Source: Penicillus capitatus (lineage: Eukaryota; Plantae; Chlorophyta). Taken from it: a stretch of DNA of 64,000 nt. A program made the translations under genes and the position numbers. Below are positions 60,078 to 64,000 of the stretch, piece after piece (positions within the stretch are counted from its first letter, which is position 1; every line of letters starts with the position of its first letter). The stretch spans positions 372,001 through 436,000 of the forward strand of contig OZ287699.1 in NCBI GenBank assembly GCA_965649825.1, in the 5' to 3' direction. The notes beneath the pieces were generated by a model, which did not search any database, was not told the origin of the DNA, and saw only the letters and a list, made by a program, of their open reading frames with translations.

Positions 60078-62405
60078 ATGACGGACAGGAGAGACCTTCA
60101 CGAACCATTGGTCACAACACAAACGGGCGAAGTTCCGAGGACAGCGCCGTCGCTCTCGACGCGCGGCATCCGCATCGTCTTCAAGGTCGTGCGCTGTGCT
60201 GCGCCGACGCTCTTGTAGCGAATGTCATCTCGTGTCTCCGCAGGATCTCGAGTATCTCCTCCCCTCAAATGTCAAACGAGGAACGACAGCGACGGTATTG
60301 CATCGCATGTCCGGGTTCTTTAACGCAGGAGAGATGACCACAATTGTGGGTGGATCTTTGGCTGTGGTTGGCGTAGTGAGGTGTTTGTGTCGCCACAGAT
60401 GGGTCCGAGTGGATGCGGCAAGTCGATGATGATGGATGTGTTGGCTGGACGACGATCCAGCGGCAAGATCAACGGGACGATTACATACGCCGGAGTGCGT
60501 CCAACTCAGATGTTCCTCCGTCGCATCACGGGATACGTCGAGCAATTTGGAACCCTCGTCGAGAATCTCACTGTTTTCGAAATGCTCATGTACACGGCCG
60601 AGCTCAAAGCACGTGTCCTTTCCTTGCATGGATGACGTGACAGCTAAGCGTGTTAAGTAGAGGCCTGTGACAGAGAACTATGAATCGAAGAAGCGAGCCG
60701 TGAACGATTTGATTGATAAGTTGGCATTGGAGAAGTGCAGAAACACAAAGATCGGTAATCCGCAACTGGATCGCGGTATTTCGGGCGGACAGGCAAAGAG
60801 AGTGAACATTGGTATTGCACTGATTAGCAATCCAAGGGTGCTCTACATGGATGAACCGATCTCTGGTCTCGATAGCTACACTTCTAACGAGGCACGACTT
60901 CGATTATGTCAACGGTGATGTGACGTGCGGTGAACTAGGTGATGGATCTGGTCAAGAAGCTCGTGAGCGATGGAATCACAGTGATTTCGACATTGCATTC
61001 TCCGACGCCCTTTGTTTTCAATCTCTTCGACAAAGTCTGCTTGCTTCTCCGTGGACACATCGTGTACTTTGGCCGTCGTGACCGTGCCATTCCTTTCTTC
61101 GAACCCAACGTTCCGAGCGATGTGATCGCGGCCGACAGCGACGCAGAATGGCTCACAGATGTCATTGTCAAAGCAGACGCAGCTGGACAAGCTGAGGAAT
61201 TTGCCAGCTATTATGAACAATCCCCTAAGAAAGAAGTAAACACCGTCTCAATTCGACCAAGATCCGCAAACTGCTTTTACAGGAAGTGATCGAATCCCTC
61301 GGTGAAATTGTCGACGAAGCGCTGTTGCCAGAAGATCTCGTCCGGGACCTTTCGGCCGGAAAAACAACGGTCACCCCTTTCTGGTTTGCCATCAAGACCT
61401 ATCTCAAAGTCTGCACCGCCTGTCTCTCTATGTTATTAATCTGTCCTTCCCACAGTACCGCACGTCGAAGAACTATCTGGATTTATCTTACTGGACCACT
61501 CGCACGTCAGACAAGATCGTCTTGTGCATCCTTCTGGCCAGCGTCTACTCGCAGATGGGCCATGATTATACGCAAGACAACTTCACGAATCTGACAGCCG
61601 TTTTCGCCAGTTGGACGACCTTCTCCTCTTTTGGTGCCTCGGTCTATATTCCGACGCTCTTCATTGGTGCGTCACTTTACATCTGGCTCTGTGTCTTTTG
61701 AACGCCCTCACGCAGATCGGCAGCTGTTCTACCGCGAGCATCGGGATGGGCTCTACAGAGTGATAACGTACTTCCTGGTGAAGATGATTGAAGAGATAAT
61801 GCTGGCGGCCGTTTTCGGATTCGTCTTCGCCATTATTCTCTGGTGCATCATTGATCTCCAGAACAGCTTTGGACTCTTTTATCTCGTTTTTATTGCCAAC
61901 TTCCTCAGCAGTCTCGGTAACGCCTCAATGACCCTCCGCAGCGCAGTTGATCTGCATTCTGTGCATTCTTTTAGGTTTGGCCTTCTTGTTCTCGGCGATT
62001 GCTCCAAATATCGATACAGCTGTCGGTGGATACGCAACTTACCTGACGACGCTGACCCTCTACTGTGGATTCTATATAAGAACGGACGATATGCCGGATT
62101 ACTTGGTTTGGTATTCCAAGATCTCGTTCATCAAATACAGCTTTGGCGCCTTGGTCATCAATCACTTTGACTGCGAAGAGGGCAGAAATCTTAAGATCCA
62201 ACCAGGAGGTAAACACTTACTTGCCTACATTGAAGAGAGCATCTAGTGTTGTGATGGTGTAGAGGGAGAAGTGTCGGCACTGGATTTTTACGCATTGGAT
62301 GACGTGGATAAATTCGCCTACGCAGGATATGTCTTTCTCTTTTTTCTGGCATATGCGACGCTGGCATTTTTGGCAATGCAGTACGTGCGCCACGAAAAAC
62401 GTTGA
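60078..62405 (+). CDS. ABCG (White-like) half-size transporter, paralogue 2
   Basis: Walker A GPSGCGKS, GYVEQFG, signature ISGGQAKRVNIG, LYMDEPISGLDS, STLHSP, FYREHRDGLY, ends YVRHEKR-TGA. Confidence 0.94.
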
Positions 62406-62927
62406 GATCGATTGGACGACAATGTTTTCGGGCGCTGATCGCTTGATGCTCCGACATGTTGGCGTGGGGATATTTTTTTGAATGCTTGATGAAGAAGTGC
62501 TTGGTAATATCAGATGACTTGGATAAAAACTGTGTGCCATGCGCCATCGTCCGCGATCGAACAGAACAATGCGCAAAACTCAACCTGAGCCATCACAGGC
62601 TCCGATGAGCGTCATACCACGTCTCGTTACGAACTGCGCTCGATGCCAAGAAAGCTAAGAACAGTGGATCGAGATCGATGATGGATGTCCATAGGAGATA
62701 GACGATTAGCGAGCAGTGAGTCGGTCCTATGTGATCGTCACCGATCCATACGACGTATTTCGGTCAGAGGTGACGGTTAGTAATGGTCTGTGCTTTGTGA
62801 ACAGTCTACAGGACGCTGCGAACTGAGGTTGTTTGTTGTATTATTTTGGAAAGATTTGATGATGCCTTGGCAAATTGATTACACGTATCTGACAATGATG
62901 CAGGTATTCTGGCGTAAGGACAGATCG

Positions 62928-64000
62928 ATGTGCGCATTCCTACACTTGGCGTTGTACGTGGTGCTGTTTGTATCGCCGTCATCGCTATGCAGTCAAGGTT
63001 GGCGACCGCCATCCGACGTCGGTTTACTGTGTGTGGCAGATTATGGCAACAGCGTCTTTCCAGCTTTATTTCGTATTATTAAGATAACAGTAAGCAAAAC
63101 GATTGCGCTCAACCACACAGTCGATTCTGCGCCGTGGTGATACAGGGAGGGGGAAGGGCTCCACGTGGACGATTTCCTTACATGTGCAGTCTCCGAGAAC
63201 GCGGCACTCGAGTCCACAAATGCGGAGCGACGCTCTTCCGACCGAATTGGATCTTGACGGCAGCGCATTGCGTGGACCCCAATCAACACGGAACCGTTGG
63301 TCTTACGCCGATCGTCTACTGCGGCATCTACAAAGTCAACAAAATCGACGATGACAAAGTGATCTCTGTGTTTCTTCAACGACGAGTCCATACCCTCTTC
63401 TGTTGTAGGTGTTCGTCACAGTGGATGCCTATATACATGAGAAATGGAGCGGCAGTGTCGGTGATGGCTATGACATTGCTGTGTTGAAATTAGATAAGGA
63501 AGCGAATCTGACGCTGCCACATCTGGGATCCGCCAATGTCCCTATGGACGATGGGACATTTTTTACCGCCACGGGATGGGGTACGACCAAAAAGGTTCTC
63601 GCCCCCAAATATTTGCACGTGACGGACGAACTTACGAAAGAATCACCTGACAAGTGCAAAGAACCGCCAGTCCACGTCGACCCTGGCAGTTGGATCTGTG
63701 CAGGAGGAAGCGGAGAAGACACATGCAGAGGCAAGCGATCGACTTTGCAAAGTTATGTGCGTTGATCAACATGCGCGCTGCATTGCAGGCGATTCGGGAG
63801 GGCCTCTTATGCTTGCAGACGCTCCAGGCATTGCTAGAAACCTCAGCGCAGGGAAACCGAAATACGATCTCATCGTCGGAATTACATCATTCGGCTACGC
63901 AGACAATGAAACCAAAGAGTGCTCCGGAGACGTACCCGCTGTCTACACAAGTGTCGATTATTTCTTGGAATGGATAAAAGAGAAAGTTTCGGATCTCCCC
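62928..64000 (+). CDS. Secreted trypsin-like (S1A) serine protease, runs off the window end
   Basis: Signal peptide, IQGG, WILTAAHC (His), DIAVLKL (Asp), DTCR/GDSGGP (Ser; Asp189 equivalent present), VGITSFG, PAVYTSV. Confidence 0.93.

Overview
This is nuclear DNA from a green alga (Chlorophyta). It carries RBCS, geranylgeranyl reductase and a thylakoid cyclophilin with plastid transit peptides, plus flagellar genes. Genes are densely packed and split by short (about 45-65 nt) GT-AG introns. The genetic code is standard (an ABCG gene ends RHQKR-TAG). A siphonous ulvophyte (Bryopsidales-like) is my guess only. About 25 protein genes or pseudogenes were recognised by eye from motifs; exon boundaries are approximate. 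Highlights: (1) an intronless NLR-like gene at 11188-14787, combining an N-terminal module that resembles Amoebophilaceae (Bacteroidota endosymbiont) effector leaders, an NB-ARC-type NTPase, and 11 near-identical 129-bp TPR units with modular variable residues; (2) an intron-containing gene with an HNH-type nuclease domain resembling bacterial polymorphic-toxin tips; (3) a retroelement cluster at 30.9-34.7 kb with a miniature LTR element (TRIM), a palindromic 23-bp array, a long hairpin and a deleted Ty3/Gypsy copy; (4) a 1-kb MITE with 45-bp perfect TIRs; (5) same-strand genes only 40-135 bp apart, which are candidate polycistronic units; (6) a decaying bacterial-type TPP-enzyme pseudogene. 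No database searches were run; family names come from recalled motifs.
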